A stretch of 64,000 nt of DNA from a virus, in the IMG/VR virus record IMGVR_UViG_3300029374_000001, positions 196,161 through 260,160 of that record; one strand, given 5' to 3'. Numbering within the stretch: the first letter of the stretch is position 1; each line of letters starts with the position of its first letter. Both the position numbers and the translations under genes were made by a program. This document shows positions 54,865 through 64,000 of this stretch, one piece after another. The notes under the pieces are model-generated. The model was not told where the DNA came from. It saw only the letters and a program-made list of their open reading frames with translations, and did no database searches.

Positions 54865-55707
54865 TTAAAAATCATTGAATGCATTTTTAATATCTTCTGA
54901 CGGTTCATTATCCGTAGGATTATCTTCTTCATCAAATAAGTTCTGCATATATTGATCTTGTGTTGTAGCAGGATTTGCTTTCTTATTAATCTTCTTCCAG
55001 GCTGGTTCTGCTCCTACACGAGTAATGATATTATCGATCCCATTTCTAATTCTTTGAGATTCTTTATTTGTCGCATCCATGTAAGAGTATGCCATCGCAT
55101 TGGTCATAGATAATACAAACTGATCCAATTGATCAATAATCATATCTAATTCAATATCCTGGAAAGCATGTGTATTCTGCTGATAATTTATAACTCCGTC
55201 TGTAATTCCTACCTGAGAAATCATAGGATAATAATCCGTATTCAACTGATAAGCAGCTTCTGCTTCTACAGAATTTTCTTTATTGAATCGAATGATTCGT
55301 AATGCAGAATGATATTTTTCTTTATTGAACGATTTGCCATTATTTATTGTAATCAATGATTTCCCACAAATAACACCAAGCCCATCATTAGATTCTGGAT
55401 TCTCCTTATATCTTTTTAGAATATCAGAGAACATCTTTGCCTTATGAGGATTGAAATAGATCGCTGTGCTGCTCTTAATATCCCAATCATATTTCCCAAC
55501 AGAAATATTTGTTCTGGGAACAATATAGAACTTTAACATTCCATTCCACATAGCCGTCATTAATGCGGATTGCGTAATTGCATCAGGATCTGTATTATAA
55601 AATTTTAACCCACCTAATGTGGGTCGATATTCTTGTGATTGTTTTTGATAAGATGAGTATTTTTTGGTTTCTAAGCTATTGAATGATTTAGCTTGATTTA
55701 AAGGCAT
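54865..55707 (-). CDS. Hypothetical protein, 280 aa.
   Basis: ORF only. Confidence 0.5.
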   Translation of the reverse strand: MPLNQAKSFNSLETKKYSSYQKQSQEYRPTLGGLKFYNTDPDAITQSALMTAMWNGMLKFYIVPRTNISVGKYDWDIKSSTAIYFNPHKAKMFSDILKRYKENPESNDGLGVICGKSLITINNGKSFNKEKYHSALRIIRFNKENSVEAEAAYQLNTDYYPMISQVGITDGVINYQQNTHAFQDIELDMIIDQLDQFVLSMTNAMAYSYMDATNKESQRIRNGIDNIITRVGAEPAWKKINKKANPATTQDQYMQNLFDEEDNPTDNEPSEDIKNAFNDF

Positions 55708-55845
55708 TTTGGTTTCCTCCTCTTACTTTAACTGTTAGAGTACATATCATAATCAACAATAGAAGCCCCAATACCTGTAATAGGTATTGGGAGCTATCTA
55801 TCACCATCATATCATTAATATATTATATAACCAAAATAATTTAAA

Positions 55846-56244
55846 TCATTTCTTACCTATATCATCCTGATCACTATAGGGTTTTGCTTGAATAATAATA
55901 TTATTCCGTTTCATGTAAGACTTCATAATACTATCATTCTCTGAAATCTTTTTGTTCAACATCTTTTCTCCATTAATACAGAGACCTAAGATGAATGTAA
56001 CAAATGAAATGGCAGGCTCTCCAATGATTGTAGCACCAAGTTTAATAAACTTGTCTATATCAGGATGGTTATGTACTATCGCTTGAATCATTAAAAATGT
56101 AAACGCAGCAATAAACGGGAGAATTGCCATCACAATATAGATGGCCACCACCATTTTAATTGGATTCTTAAATGTAAGAATCGTAGCTCCAAGAGTATCA
56201 GTATACCTGGATAAACTTCTTAAGATAGAAGTGTACTTATCCAT
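55846..56244 (-). CDS. Small membrane protein with 2-3 transmembrane helices; 132 aa.
   Basis: The transmembrane segments are MVVAIYIVMAILPFIAAFTFLMI and IIGEPAISFVTFILGLCI. Confidence 0.5.
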   Translation of the reverse strand: MDKYTSILRSLSRYTDTLGATILTFKNPIKMVVAIYIVMAILPFIAAFTFLMIQAIVHNHPDIDKFIKLGATIIGEPAISFVTFILGLCINGEKMLNKKISENDSIMKSYMKRNNIIIQAKPYSDQDDIGKK

Positions 56245-56246
56245 GT

Positions 56247-57410
56247 TTAATCATCTCCATAATTAATAAGAAGAGTTCTTGGAGATTTTAACTTCTGAGA
56301 AGAAATAGTATATCTCAGTTTATCGTACTTTTGGTAGAGATCTTGTAATTGCTTTACAGTCTGTACACTCAATCCATCTTCCGTGGTGATATAATCATCA
56401 ATCACAGACATTCTAGAATTGATCTTATGCAAAAGCATAATAGCCAAAGCACGATCATCATCCATATTGTTCACTTCAAACTGAATGGTATAATAATCAT
56501 CAAAGTAAGCCTTAACGCCATTAGCTTTAAAACGCTCTAATGCATTACTGCTGGCTTTCTTGTTCTTATCAAAGAACCGCATAATCGATGCGGATGCTTC
56601 AGTAATCAGTGAATGGTCATCGATTCGTTTCAATCTACGGATAATCTTATCCATCTCTAACTGTTCGTATCGAGAACCACTGATATCAATCCCTTTCTGG
56701 AGGGTATGAATAGCCTGAATACGATACTTCAAAATATTCTTATACAATCTAAGTACCCATTTAATAATAATAGACTTAGAGTCTACCATTGTACCATAGG
56801 TATTCGACTGTCCTTCCAGTTTCGTAATAGCTGATTTTAAGAAACTAGTTAAATCATATGCTTCATCAAGCTGGAATGGAATCATATACTCATTATGGAA
56901 AATAGATACTGAACGTCTGGCAGCTTCTTTAATACCAAATCCCAATAATTCTATATAACTGATATAATCAGACAATCTTATTGTGGTATTAGAATATGTC
57001 AGATAAGAATTGATCAAGTATCTTGCATTACGAATAGGTGTTTCATTGGTAACCAATACACCTACTTCATGAATCAGCAAAGATACAATCTCATCCGTAT
57101 CCAATTCATGAATGGGAGAATACAATTTGGAATCCAGTTCAACTTTATAAGATTTAATTCTATATTCATCATCAGAAGTCATAATCTCAGTGACCTGCTG
57201 TGCAGACAGCACTGGCATAACAATAATTCCGAAAAACTGTTTGTCCGTATTCAATGTATACGTTACATCACTACATACAGCATCGGGAAACAATTTATTC
57301 AACGTCTCTTTGATAGCGTTTAATACGGTTGTATCTCCCGGTCTCATTTTCAGATTAATGATATCGCCATTCAGATCACCAATATATCCAAAGATTTGAT
57401 CTTTATTCAA
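56247..57410 (-). CDS. Hypothetical protein, 387 aa.
   Basis: It is an ORF immediately downstream of the capsid-like gene. Confidence 0.5.
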   Translation of the reverse strand: MNKDQIFGYIGDLNGDIINLKMRPGDTTVLNAIKETLNKLFPDAVCSDVTYTLNTDKQFFGIIVMPVLSAQQVTEIMTSDDEYRIKSYKVELDSKLYSPIHELDTDEIVSLLIHEVGVLVTNETPIRNARYLINSYLTYSNTTIRLSDYISYIELLGFGIKEAARRSVSIFHNEYMIPFQLDEAYDLTSFLKSAITKLEGQSNTYGTMVDSKSIIIKWVLRLYKNILKYRIQAIHTLQKGIDISGSRYEQLEMDKIIRRLKRIDDHSLITEASASIMRFFDKNKKASSNALERFKANGVKAYFDDYYTIQFEVNNMDDDRALAIMLLHKINSRMSVIDDYITTEDGLSVQTVKQLQDLYQKYDKLRYTISSQKLKSPRTLLINYGDD

Positions 57411-57505
57411 GATTAAGTTGTCCTCCTTTCATCAGAAATATAAAAAGCCAGGGGTAGCCATATAGACTACCCCTAGCCAATTAAATCTGTAATATGATTC
57501 AGCTA

Positions 57506-59557
57506 TTAGGGAATGTTGTTCAGTTTAGCCGGAATCTTGATATGACCCTTAGTCGGGCTGCCATCTGCGGCATCAATTACGCCGTTAACTTCAGAGCTGT
57601 ACTGTTCAGTATTAGCTGTGTTGTCGTTCATAGCGTTGATTCCGATGTAATCATTGTCGCTTGCCATAGCTACGTTCTCCCTGAGGCCAGACGGATTCAG
57701 GATACGAATACGGCCCTGTACAGGCTGATACTGCAGGAACAACCAACGTTCGAAGCAGGTCATAGCCGGGGTCTCGTACTGTACCGTATCACGAATTTCG
57801 CTGGAAATATACATCTGATAATCAATAACCTTGTAGGTAATACGCATGCTATTTCTAGGAATGAGCAGTACAATCAGGTTATTGTTATTTCTCATCTTCT
57901 GAGAGGAGATGAAGTTGTAAACACGATGTTCGCTTGTTACAACAGTCCGTTTGAAATCAAGTTCAACCGGTCCGATGTTGGACGGTGTCTGATAAGTGTA
58001 GGACTGCGGCGAAATACGACGGATGAGGTCCGGACGTCCGAATACTGCAACTGTCATATTTTCATCATTGAGAACCTGGAGCATACGGGTTACGTACTGA
58101 TCAAGGTTATCCATGAACATAACTTTACGCCATTCAACCGGGTTGTTGTTGTAGTTGAGAGGCGGAGCGAAGTCGAAAGCACCAGAAACTTTAGCTACAT
58201 CAGGCATTGTGAGGAAGCTATCGTTCAGGTTCTGGAGAATGGAGTCATCCTTCCAGTGGAGCAGGCCAAGTCTCATCATGGACATAAGCTTTGTTACCTG
58301 GTTTACGTCGTAGAGAGCCTGGATATCTTTAACTTCTTCCGGAGATACTGTGCAGGTGATGTGCGGAGCTTCCGGAATTTCGTAGAAGTTAGTCATTGCA
58401 GACCATTTGAATTTAACGGTCGGGAACTGAGCTGTAGATACGTCAACAACTGCATGAATAATAACGCCTTCTACAAAGCCAGCATTACCTGTAACAATAA
58501 CCGCACCAGTATCAGCATTGATAGCCGGAGCACTCATGAGCATAATCTTGTTGCCCTGAGAAGCGTTACCCATCAGGTTAATGGTAACTTTTACAGAAGT
58601 AGTAGCAGTAGCCGGTACAGAGAGAGCAATTCTCTTGTTGAGAACGCGATCCATAGCACCATAGCCAGGGTTGAACATACCGTCAACGTCGAATACCAGT
58701 TTCTTACCAGCACCAACATCAGCAGTTTCAGCTACTTTGAATTTACGATTTGCATCATCATAAATCAGGTCGCCTTCAGCAGCATAACCTGTAACAATGA
58801 TTCTCTTAACCATGGTCTTCATGGAGAGAGTTGTGTTTCTGAGGATACGATCCGGAACCTGATCAGCAGTGAATGCGTCATGAACGAGGTTTCCGTTCAG
58901 AGCGTCACCACGAGCACCGTTACCACCGAGGGAAGCAGCAGAACCGATAATTTCTTTCGGAGCTACATCGCCAGCCAGTGCACCTGCAGCAGTAGCAGCA
59001 ACAAAGAAATCAACAGACGGAATAGAAGCATCGACTGCCGGTTTAATCTTGTTCTGTTCTGCAAAGATGTCGAATTCGTTACCATCAACATCTACCATGG
59101 TACGAGTTTCCATGGTCAGTGTGAACTTCGGAGAACGTGCAACGTCTTTCGGCATAACCTGATCAAATACAGCGTTCATCAGGATGTTTTTATGCATCGG
59201 GAGAGCCATACCGATTACAGGGTTATAAGCACCGAGTGTAGTGGATTCCTGCTGGATCTGTGCTACGTCGTTTTCGAACAATGCTTCCATGTTGTCAACA
59301 TGTTCAGCTACAGCATCAGCGCTCTGGAATCTCGGATCATTCTGATCGAAGGAGTCTTCTACGAAGGACTTCTTCATTTCGTTTTTAGCAAGATCGCTTG
59401 TGAAGAATTCGCCAGGATTTCTGAAGATATCATAGCCAGCTTCCTGATGAACACCTCTTGCAACGTCAAGGAACTGTTCTGCAACAGCATGCATCGGATC
59501 GGATGCATATCCGCGGAGATCGAGTTTCTTGTTATCAATTGAGCTAAGAATAGCCAT
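57506..59557 (-). CDS. Putative major virion structural protein (a major capsid or tail sheath candidate), 683 aa.
   Basis: It has a strong SD, AAAGGAGGAAAG. Its GC content is markedly higher and its codons are predominantly of RNY/NNC type, the pattern expected for the most highly expressed gene. It follows the putative portal and scaffold-like genes in the operon. Confidence 0.55.
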   Translation of the reverse strand: MAILSSIDNKKLDLRGYASDPMHAVAEQFLDVARGVHQEAGYDIFRNPGEFFTSDLAKNEMKKSFVEDSFDQNDPRFQSADAVAEHVDNMEALFENDVAQIQQESTTLGAYNPVIGMALPMHKNILMNAVFDQVMPKDVARSPKFTLTMETRTMVDVDGNEFDIFAEQNKIKPAVDASIPSVDFFVAATAAGALAGDVAPKEIIGSAASLGGNGARGDALNGNLVHDAFTADQVPDRILRNTTLSMKTMVKRIIVTGYAAEGDLIYDDANRKFKVAETADVGAGKKLVFDVDGMFNPGYGAMDRVLNKRIALSVPATATTSVKVTINLMGNASQGNKIMLMSAPAINADTGAVIVTGNAGFVEGVIIHAVVDVSTAQFPTVKFKWSAMTNFYEIPEAPHITCTVSPEEVKDIQALYDVNQVTKLMSMMRLGLLHWKDDSILQNLNDSFLTMPDVAKVSGAFDFAPPLNYNNNPVEWRKVMFMDNLDQYVTRMLQVLNDENMTVAVFGRPDLIRRISPQSYTYQTPSNIGPVELDFKRTVVTSEHRVYNFISSQKMRNNNNLIVLLIPRNSMRITYKVIDYQMYISSEIRDTVQYETPAMTCFERWLFLQYQPVQGRIRILNPSGLRENVAMASDNDYIGINAMNDNTANTEQYSSEVNGVIDAADGSPTKGHIKIPAKLNNIP

Positions 59558-60055
59558 TATTAACTTTCCTCCTTTAATCTAAACCTGATTGAGATCTCTA
59601 ACCAGGTTTTTATAAAGTTTTATTCGTTAGTTTCACACACATTTCTTATTATCTTTTTATTAAACAATCTGATATTTCTTTAGACTTTCGTTAAAAGAAT
59701 CAGAACGAATCTTTTAACCCTCTTAAGATCGAAAAGAGAATTTGTGATTCCATTCCTCTGCTTTTAATATAGACCTGTATACTTCCTATTATTGTTTGAT
59801 TGTAGAAGTATACACAGGTATGTTCCAATATATTACTAAGATCTTTCCTCTTCTATATAGTATAGATATAATACCCATTGTTTCACCAGCAAGCTGGTTT
59901 CATCCCCGAAACAAGTGTACCACATCTGATATCCATATATCAGATTCATTTCTTAATAAATAATTAGAAGGCCTTTATTAAATCATCAGATTATTGGTTA
60001 CTTTTACGACCTTACATTACTGTTCTGATTATTAGATTAGGAAACGTCAAAAATG

Positions 60056-60083
60056 TACACATACTCCATATGGAGTATGTGTA
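60056..60083. terminator. Perfect palindrome tacacatactccATATGgagtatgtgta.
   Basis: It has 12-bp arms around CATATG and lies downstream of the acidic-protein gene's stop (60097). Confidence 0.5.
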
Positions 60084-60096
60084 TTTATGGCAAATA

Positions 60097-61323
60097 TCAG
60101 TCTTTTGATTTAACTTTAGAAGGAAGTTTTTCAATAATATGAACCAGCATACCATAATGAGCAATAAATCTCTGTAATAATACCTGGTTTTCTACTAACG
60201 TTCTGGTATCGAAAGAATCAGATACAGCATCAACAATCATTTCTTTTAATTCATTCAGAGAATTGGTAACAAAATTAACCGAAGCAATATTATCTGTATT
60301 CTTATTAACAACAACCAGTCTATCACCCAGATCAACAATATCATTATGTAAATCTATGAAAGACTGTTTGATATTATTAGCACGAATACGTAACTGTTCT
60401 TCGGTTAAATTGGAGAACGCGCTCTGTTGTAATTCTTGCAATTCAGGATCTCCACCCGATGCAGCTGGTTGAGTGGTGTCTGTTGTAGCATCTGCAGTTT
60501 GATCTCCCTCAGCAGATTCTCCATCATCTGTCATATCAGAGAAATCGCCAGAATCATCTGTTCCATCTTCTGGAGTATCCCCAGCACCAGCAGGATTGTC
60601 TGTTGGATCTTGATCAGCATCTCCCATATCAGAAAATTCTCCAGGATCATCTCCACTGGCATCTGGATCTGGAGCAGGCTGTTCTTCTGAAGTTGGCCCA
60701 GTATTATCTGCCGGCTCTGTAGTTTGTGGCTCATCTGTTGCAGCTGGTTGATTTTCAACAGGGTCTTCTGCTGGCTTATCATCTTCTGTATCAGATAAGT
60801 CTGTAAAATTCTTATCTCCGTTTTCTATAGCATCTGATTCTGCATCTTTATCTGCTTGGTCTGTAAAAGAAGTATCGTTATCGTCTTCTGCGTCTGTGAT
60901 ATCAGAGAAGTTTTCGGGCTCTTCATTATCCGTATCTTCTTTTTTCTTTTTCTTATCATCGTCGTCATCTTCCAGCATATTGGTGAAGTCATCATCATCT
61001 GCTTCTAAGATAACTCTGGAATTATCATAATACTCTTCATTCATTGTATACATAAAGTCAGCATCTTCATTGGCTGCTTTATATACGGCAGAATCTTCTG
61101 ATACTTTTACATCATATTTTTTAGCAGCTTTTAAGATTCTCTTAGCCAATGCATGTTTCTTATCTGCATCACAATATCTGAAATACGCCATAGCAGATTT
61201 TACATGAGCTGCATCGGTTAATGGATATTTTCTTTCTTCTGGTAATCCAAACTGAGAATCATCTATTGTCTTACGTTCTTTGGAGGTTAACGTATCTTCA
61301 TTATAGTTCATAAGATCCTCCAT
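60097..61323 (-). CDS. Highly acidic protein with a long disordered D/E-rich core and four F(S/T)DxTD repeats; a scaffolding-like protein candidate, 408 aa.
   Basis: The repeats are FSDITDAEDD, FTDLSDTEDD, FSDMGDADQD and FSDMTDDGES. The terminal regions look structured. It lies between the putative portal gene and the capsid-like gene. Confidence 0.45.
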   Translation of the reverse strand: MEDLMNYNEDTLTSKERKTIDDSQFGLPEERKYPLTDAAHVKSAMAYFRYCDADKKHALAKRILKAAKKYDVKVSEDSAVYKAANEDADFMYTMNEEYYDNSRVILEADDDDFTNMLEDDDDDKKKKKEDTDNEEPENFSDITDAEDDNDTSFTDQADKDAESDAIENGDKNFTDLSDTEDDKPAEDPVENQPAATDEPQTTEPADNTGPTSEEQPAPDPDASGDDPGEFSDMGDADQDPTDNPAGAGDTPEDGTDDSGDFSDMTDDGESAEGDQTADATTDTTQPAASGGDPELQELQQSAFSNLTEEQLRIRANNIKQSFIDLHNDIVDLGDRLVVVNKNTDNIASVNFVTNSLNELKEMIVDAVSDSFDTRTLVENQVLLQRFIAHYGMLVHIIEKLPSKVKSKD

Positions 61324-63650
61324 TATTCGTCTTTTAATGCATATTTGGAAACGGTGCCTTCTGCGTCAGTCTTCATAACAACAGAACCATCCCATTTATC
61401 AATATTCTTCAAAGCAATCTGTGTATACCGAGTTGCTAACTTCTTCTTTAACAATCTCAGATTGCGTTCTTCTTTGGTACGACCATTATCAGAAGCATGA
61501 TTAATTCTTTTATCAATCATTTCCAACTCTACTTCCAATTCATCAACGATAGCCTGGCGTTCTTTCTTTTCAGCATTCTTAGCTTTAACAAACTTCATGA
61601 CTAAAGCTACAATACCTAAATAGATAGAAACAAAATAAGACAATGCTCCTACTGCCAATACGGTCTTAAAGCATTTGGATAAAGCAGGAAGCATCTTTCC
61701 ATTGACAATTCTCATACGAGCATCATCGCGTTCATCTTTATCATCCCATGTTTCTATAGAATGAGCAATACGATCCATTGTAGTAAAAGCAGCTTTCTGT
61801 TTATCATTCAATGTGTCAAAGACTTTCTTAGCTCTATCTAATGCTAACGTTACATAAGAACTAATTTTCATTTCCTGAACGATATCCTGAGCAGTTGTAT
61901 TAATACATTCTGCTTCTCGAATTGCTCTGGCCATAGACAATTGATTTTCGTCTAAGTATTTCTTAATATCGTTGATGTCATTGATATTGAAATCTTCTAC
62001 GGTATGCATATCTGTAATATTAATATCTTTATAAGGAGTAATATTAGAGGAGCCACCTACCAACATAGATTTCATTTCTTCTTGGTTCTTATCAGAAATA
62101 GCAGTCTGTGCTGCTTTGATAGTAGATAACTTAGTTATATAATCTGGATTGATATGATCATCTTTAAATAAATTGGTGGAGATATATTTATATGCTCCAT
62201 CAAGAGCATTGACAAATTCCGCTTCATTGATGACGTTCGGATAATCGATAACAAACTTTGTAATTGTATCAATAATACTATTGGGGCATTCCGCTAAGAT
62301 TTCAGGATTCCCAAATGTCTGAGAGAAAGCTTCCTGATCGATCGTCATAGCATCGAATACAGCTACAGATTCTGTAAACTTCTTCAATACATCTTTTTCA
62401 TATTCAGATAATCCATGAAATCCTAATCCATCATCTTCTTTATCATCTGTCATAGGAGTAGCATGTGTCTTGATATGATATTCATCAATGTCTTCTCTGA
62501 TATCTTCAACGACTTTAGTGATATCTTTAATAGCATCTAAAGCTCTTTCAGATATTTCATTATCATCAGACTGTACATCATTCTTCAGAGAATACTGGAA
62601 TTCCATCAAATAATCAATATATGATTTAGAGATAGCCAATATATCATCGAATCTGTTGGAATACAATACGCCTTTGGAAAATTCTTTGATAGCATCTTTA
62701 CAAGATGTCTTATCTTCAAAATTTTTATACTTATCTGTAAAGATATAATACAGATAAACTAGATTCAAAGCATCCACGATATCGCATGTCATCTTTACAT
62801 GAGATCCTAATGCTCTCATCATATCTTTGAAATGAGTGTTGATCTTACCAGATTTCTGATAATCTGCAATAATATTGACATATTTATTTGCACCAATATT
62901 AAGAGTAGCATCCTGTTCGCATAACGATTTAGCATATTTGTATAATTCACTTTTTCCTAAGATACGAATATTCAAATAGGCAGATGCTTCTAATTTACCA
63001 ATGGCTGCAATAATCACTTTATGAATAATATCTTTCGGTATACTTTCTCCAGAATATACGGCAAAGATATAAGAGAAGACCGTCAGAATGATACGTTTCT
63101 TATTTGTAATATTATCTATAAATTTACTATCAAACCGATTAAATAAATAAACCAATTCTTCTATCATCAAATTGATTTTCTCAGGAAGAGTAATAGTATA
63201 GGTATCCAGTTTTTGGCATACTTCATACATAAGAATGAAATTAAAGTTAGACCTAGCTATTCTACATGTATCGTCATCCATAGAACGAATACGCATATGC
63301 TTAAATCGTTTCTGAATAATTTCATCATTGGTGGATACTCTCTTATTATCCGCATATAAAGAAGCTGTATTCCTAAGATCATCGATAAGTTTATTATCGG
63401 TTATAATATCCGATATAACGCTCATAATATCAGAAACAGAGACCTTATCATTGATTCTACTTTCAATGATTTCTCTTAACAAACACAATGGATAAGATCT
63501 ATAATCTTTATCTATAGCAAAATACTCTGTATTGAAAATTTCTATGAGTTTTTTGAAACATTCCCTTTTGTCTTTTCCCAGAGATTTCCAATCTCTAAGA
63601 GTATCAACAAGTTTTGTTGATGTCGGTTCCATTGGCAGTACTCCTTCCAA
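61323..63650 (-). CDS. Large head-module protein, a putative portal; 775 aa.
   Basis: It is a large ORF immediately upstream of the scaffold-like and capsid-like genes. No Walker A motif is present, so it is not a terminase. There is no direct motif evidence for a portal. Confidence 0.3.
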   Translation of the reverse strand: MEGVLPMEPTSTKLVDTLRDWKSLGKDKRECFKKLIEIFNTEYFAIDKDYRSYPLCLLREIIESRINDKVSVSDIMSVISDIITDNKLIDDLRNTASLYADNKRVSTNDEIIQKRFKHMRIRSMDDDTCRIARSNFNFILMYEVCQKLDTYTITLPEKINLMIEELVYLFNRFDSKFIDNITNKKRIILTVFSYIFAVYSGESIPKDIIHKVIIAAIGKLEASAYLNIRILGKSELYKYAKSLCEQDATLNIGANKYVNIIADYQKSGKINTHFKDMMRALGSHVKMTCDIVDALNLVYLYYIFTDKYKNFEDKTSCKDAIKEFSKGVLYSNRFDDILAISKSYIDYLMEFQYSLKNDVQSDDNEISERALDAIKDITKVVEDIREDIDEYHIKTHATPMTDDKEDDGLGFHGLSEYEKDVLKKFTESVAVFDAMTIDQEAFSQTFGNPEILAECPNSIIDTITKFVIDYPNVINEAEFVNALDGAYKYISTNLFKDDHINPDYITKLSTIKAAQTAISDKNQEEMKSMLVGGSSNITPYKDINITDMHTVEDFNINDINDIKKYLDENQLSMARAIREAECINTTAQDIVQEMKISSYVTLALDRAKKVFDTLNDKQKAAFTTMDRIAHSIETWDDKDERDDARMRIVNGKMLPALSKCFKTVLAVGALSYFVSIYLGIVALVMKFVKAKNAEKKERQAIVDELEVELEMIDKRINHASDNGRTKEERNLRLLKKKLATRYTQIALKNIDKWDGSVVMKTDAEGTVSKYALKDE

Positions 63651-63713
63651 GTAAATAAATTTGATTAGATTTACCGTTACTATAAAGTTCGCTGGCTAAA
63701 TACACAAAAAAAT

Positions 63714-63739
63714 AAACAGACGGAACAAACCGTCTGTTT
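63714..63739. terminator. Hairpin aaacagacggAACAAAccgtctgttt.
   Basis: It has 10-bp arms and lies between the partial gene at 63734.. and the 61323..63650 gene. Confidence 0.5.
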
Positions 63740-64000
63740 ATTTCTAGCCTAAAAGCTTAGAACCGATAATACGTTGATGGGATGGACGACCAATATGTTC
63801 ATTCAGTTCTGCAAATAAGAGAGCTCTGAAGAATCCATTATGAATATAATAATTAGAATTTTTATCTATATATTCCAATACCCACGGATATTCTCCAGAA
63901 GCAATCAGATATTGACAAAGAGCATTGATAAGTCTATCTTCTCCTCCAGAATTATATCTGGCTGTAAATTTACGACCACCAATAACTTGAGCTTTGTGTT
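63734..64000 (-). CDS. Hypothetical protein, truncated at the window edge with only its C-terminal 88 aa present (...IGRPSHQRIIGSKLLG).
   Basis: The minus-strand frame is open from the window end to the TAG stop at 63734-63736. Confidence 0.4.

Noticed and set aside
57494-59542. 682-codon plus-strand ORF exactly antisense to the capsid-like gene.
   Set aside because: Its product is Cys/Ser/Val/Asn-rich nonsense (MIQLLGNVVQFSRNLDM...). The frame is open only because the sense gene uses RNY-type codons, whose reverse complements cannot form stop codons. It has no SD. The minus-strand protein looks like a genuine globular protein.
1-64000. Possibility that the window is a prophage with flanking host DNA or an integrative element.
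   Set aside because: No integrase or recombinase was found. There are no att-like direct repeats, tRNA genes or bacterial housekeeping genes. Every block has phage-type functions, which is consistent with a contiguous lytic phage genome segment.

Overview
The window is a 64-kb stretch of an AT-rich (roughly 30% GC) double-stranded-DNA tailed-phage genome. No host housekeeping genes, rRNA or tRNA genes, integrase or CRISPR array are visible. Many genes carry strong AGGAGG-type Shine-Dalgarno sites, which suggests a low-GC SD-using host; that is an inference. Genes are arranged in strand-switched blocks separated by perfectly palindromic bidirectional terminator hairpins and divergent promoter regions. 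(1) Positions 1-18.4 kb, minus strand: replication and nucleic-acid enzymes. These include a DHH/DHHA1 NrnA-like phosphoesterase, a ParB/DGQHR-like protein, a GyrB-like type IIA topoisomerase subunit, a Dda/RecD-like SF1 helicase, a DnaB-like hexameric helicase, an SbcD/Mre11-like nuclease and a PD-(D/E)xK nuclease. Several of these are individually driven by a 4-copy conserved TTGTRA-N17-TATATA promoter cassette. (2) Positions 18.5-40 kb, plus strand: a late structural operon of very large tail-fibre/adhesin proteins (1776, 1208, 589, 688 and 579 aa). They carry a LamG-like lectin domain, CBM5/12-like W-repeats, a shuffled roughly 75-aa Ig-like repeat and classical phage tail-fibre repeats. 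Embedded in this operon are two radical-SAM/SPASM enzymes flanking two paralogous Cys-rich CQxCQ-repeat peptides. This is a candidate phage RiPP-like system and the most unusual thing in the window. (3) Positions 40-57 kb, minus strand: a secreted 3D-domain putative cell-wall hydrolase, a QueC-like PP-loop ATPase, a tandem three-gene paralogous family, a DUF4406/deoxyribosyltransferase-like gene on the plus strand, a vWA/TROVE-like protein next to a structured noncoding region, a DnaG-like primase and a GroEL-family chaperonin. (4) Positions 57.5-64 kb, minus strand: a head module with a putative portal, an acidic scaffold-like protein and a GC-enriched putative major capsid/structural protein. 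DNA polymerase, terminase and a GyrA-like subunit were not recognised in the window.
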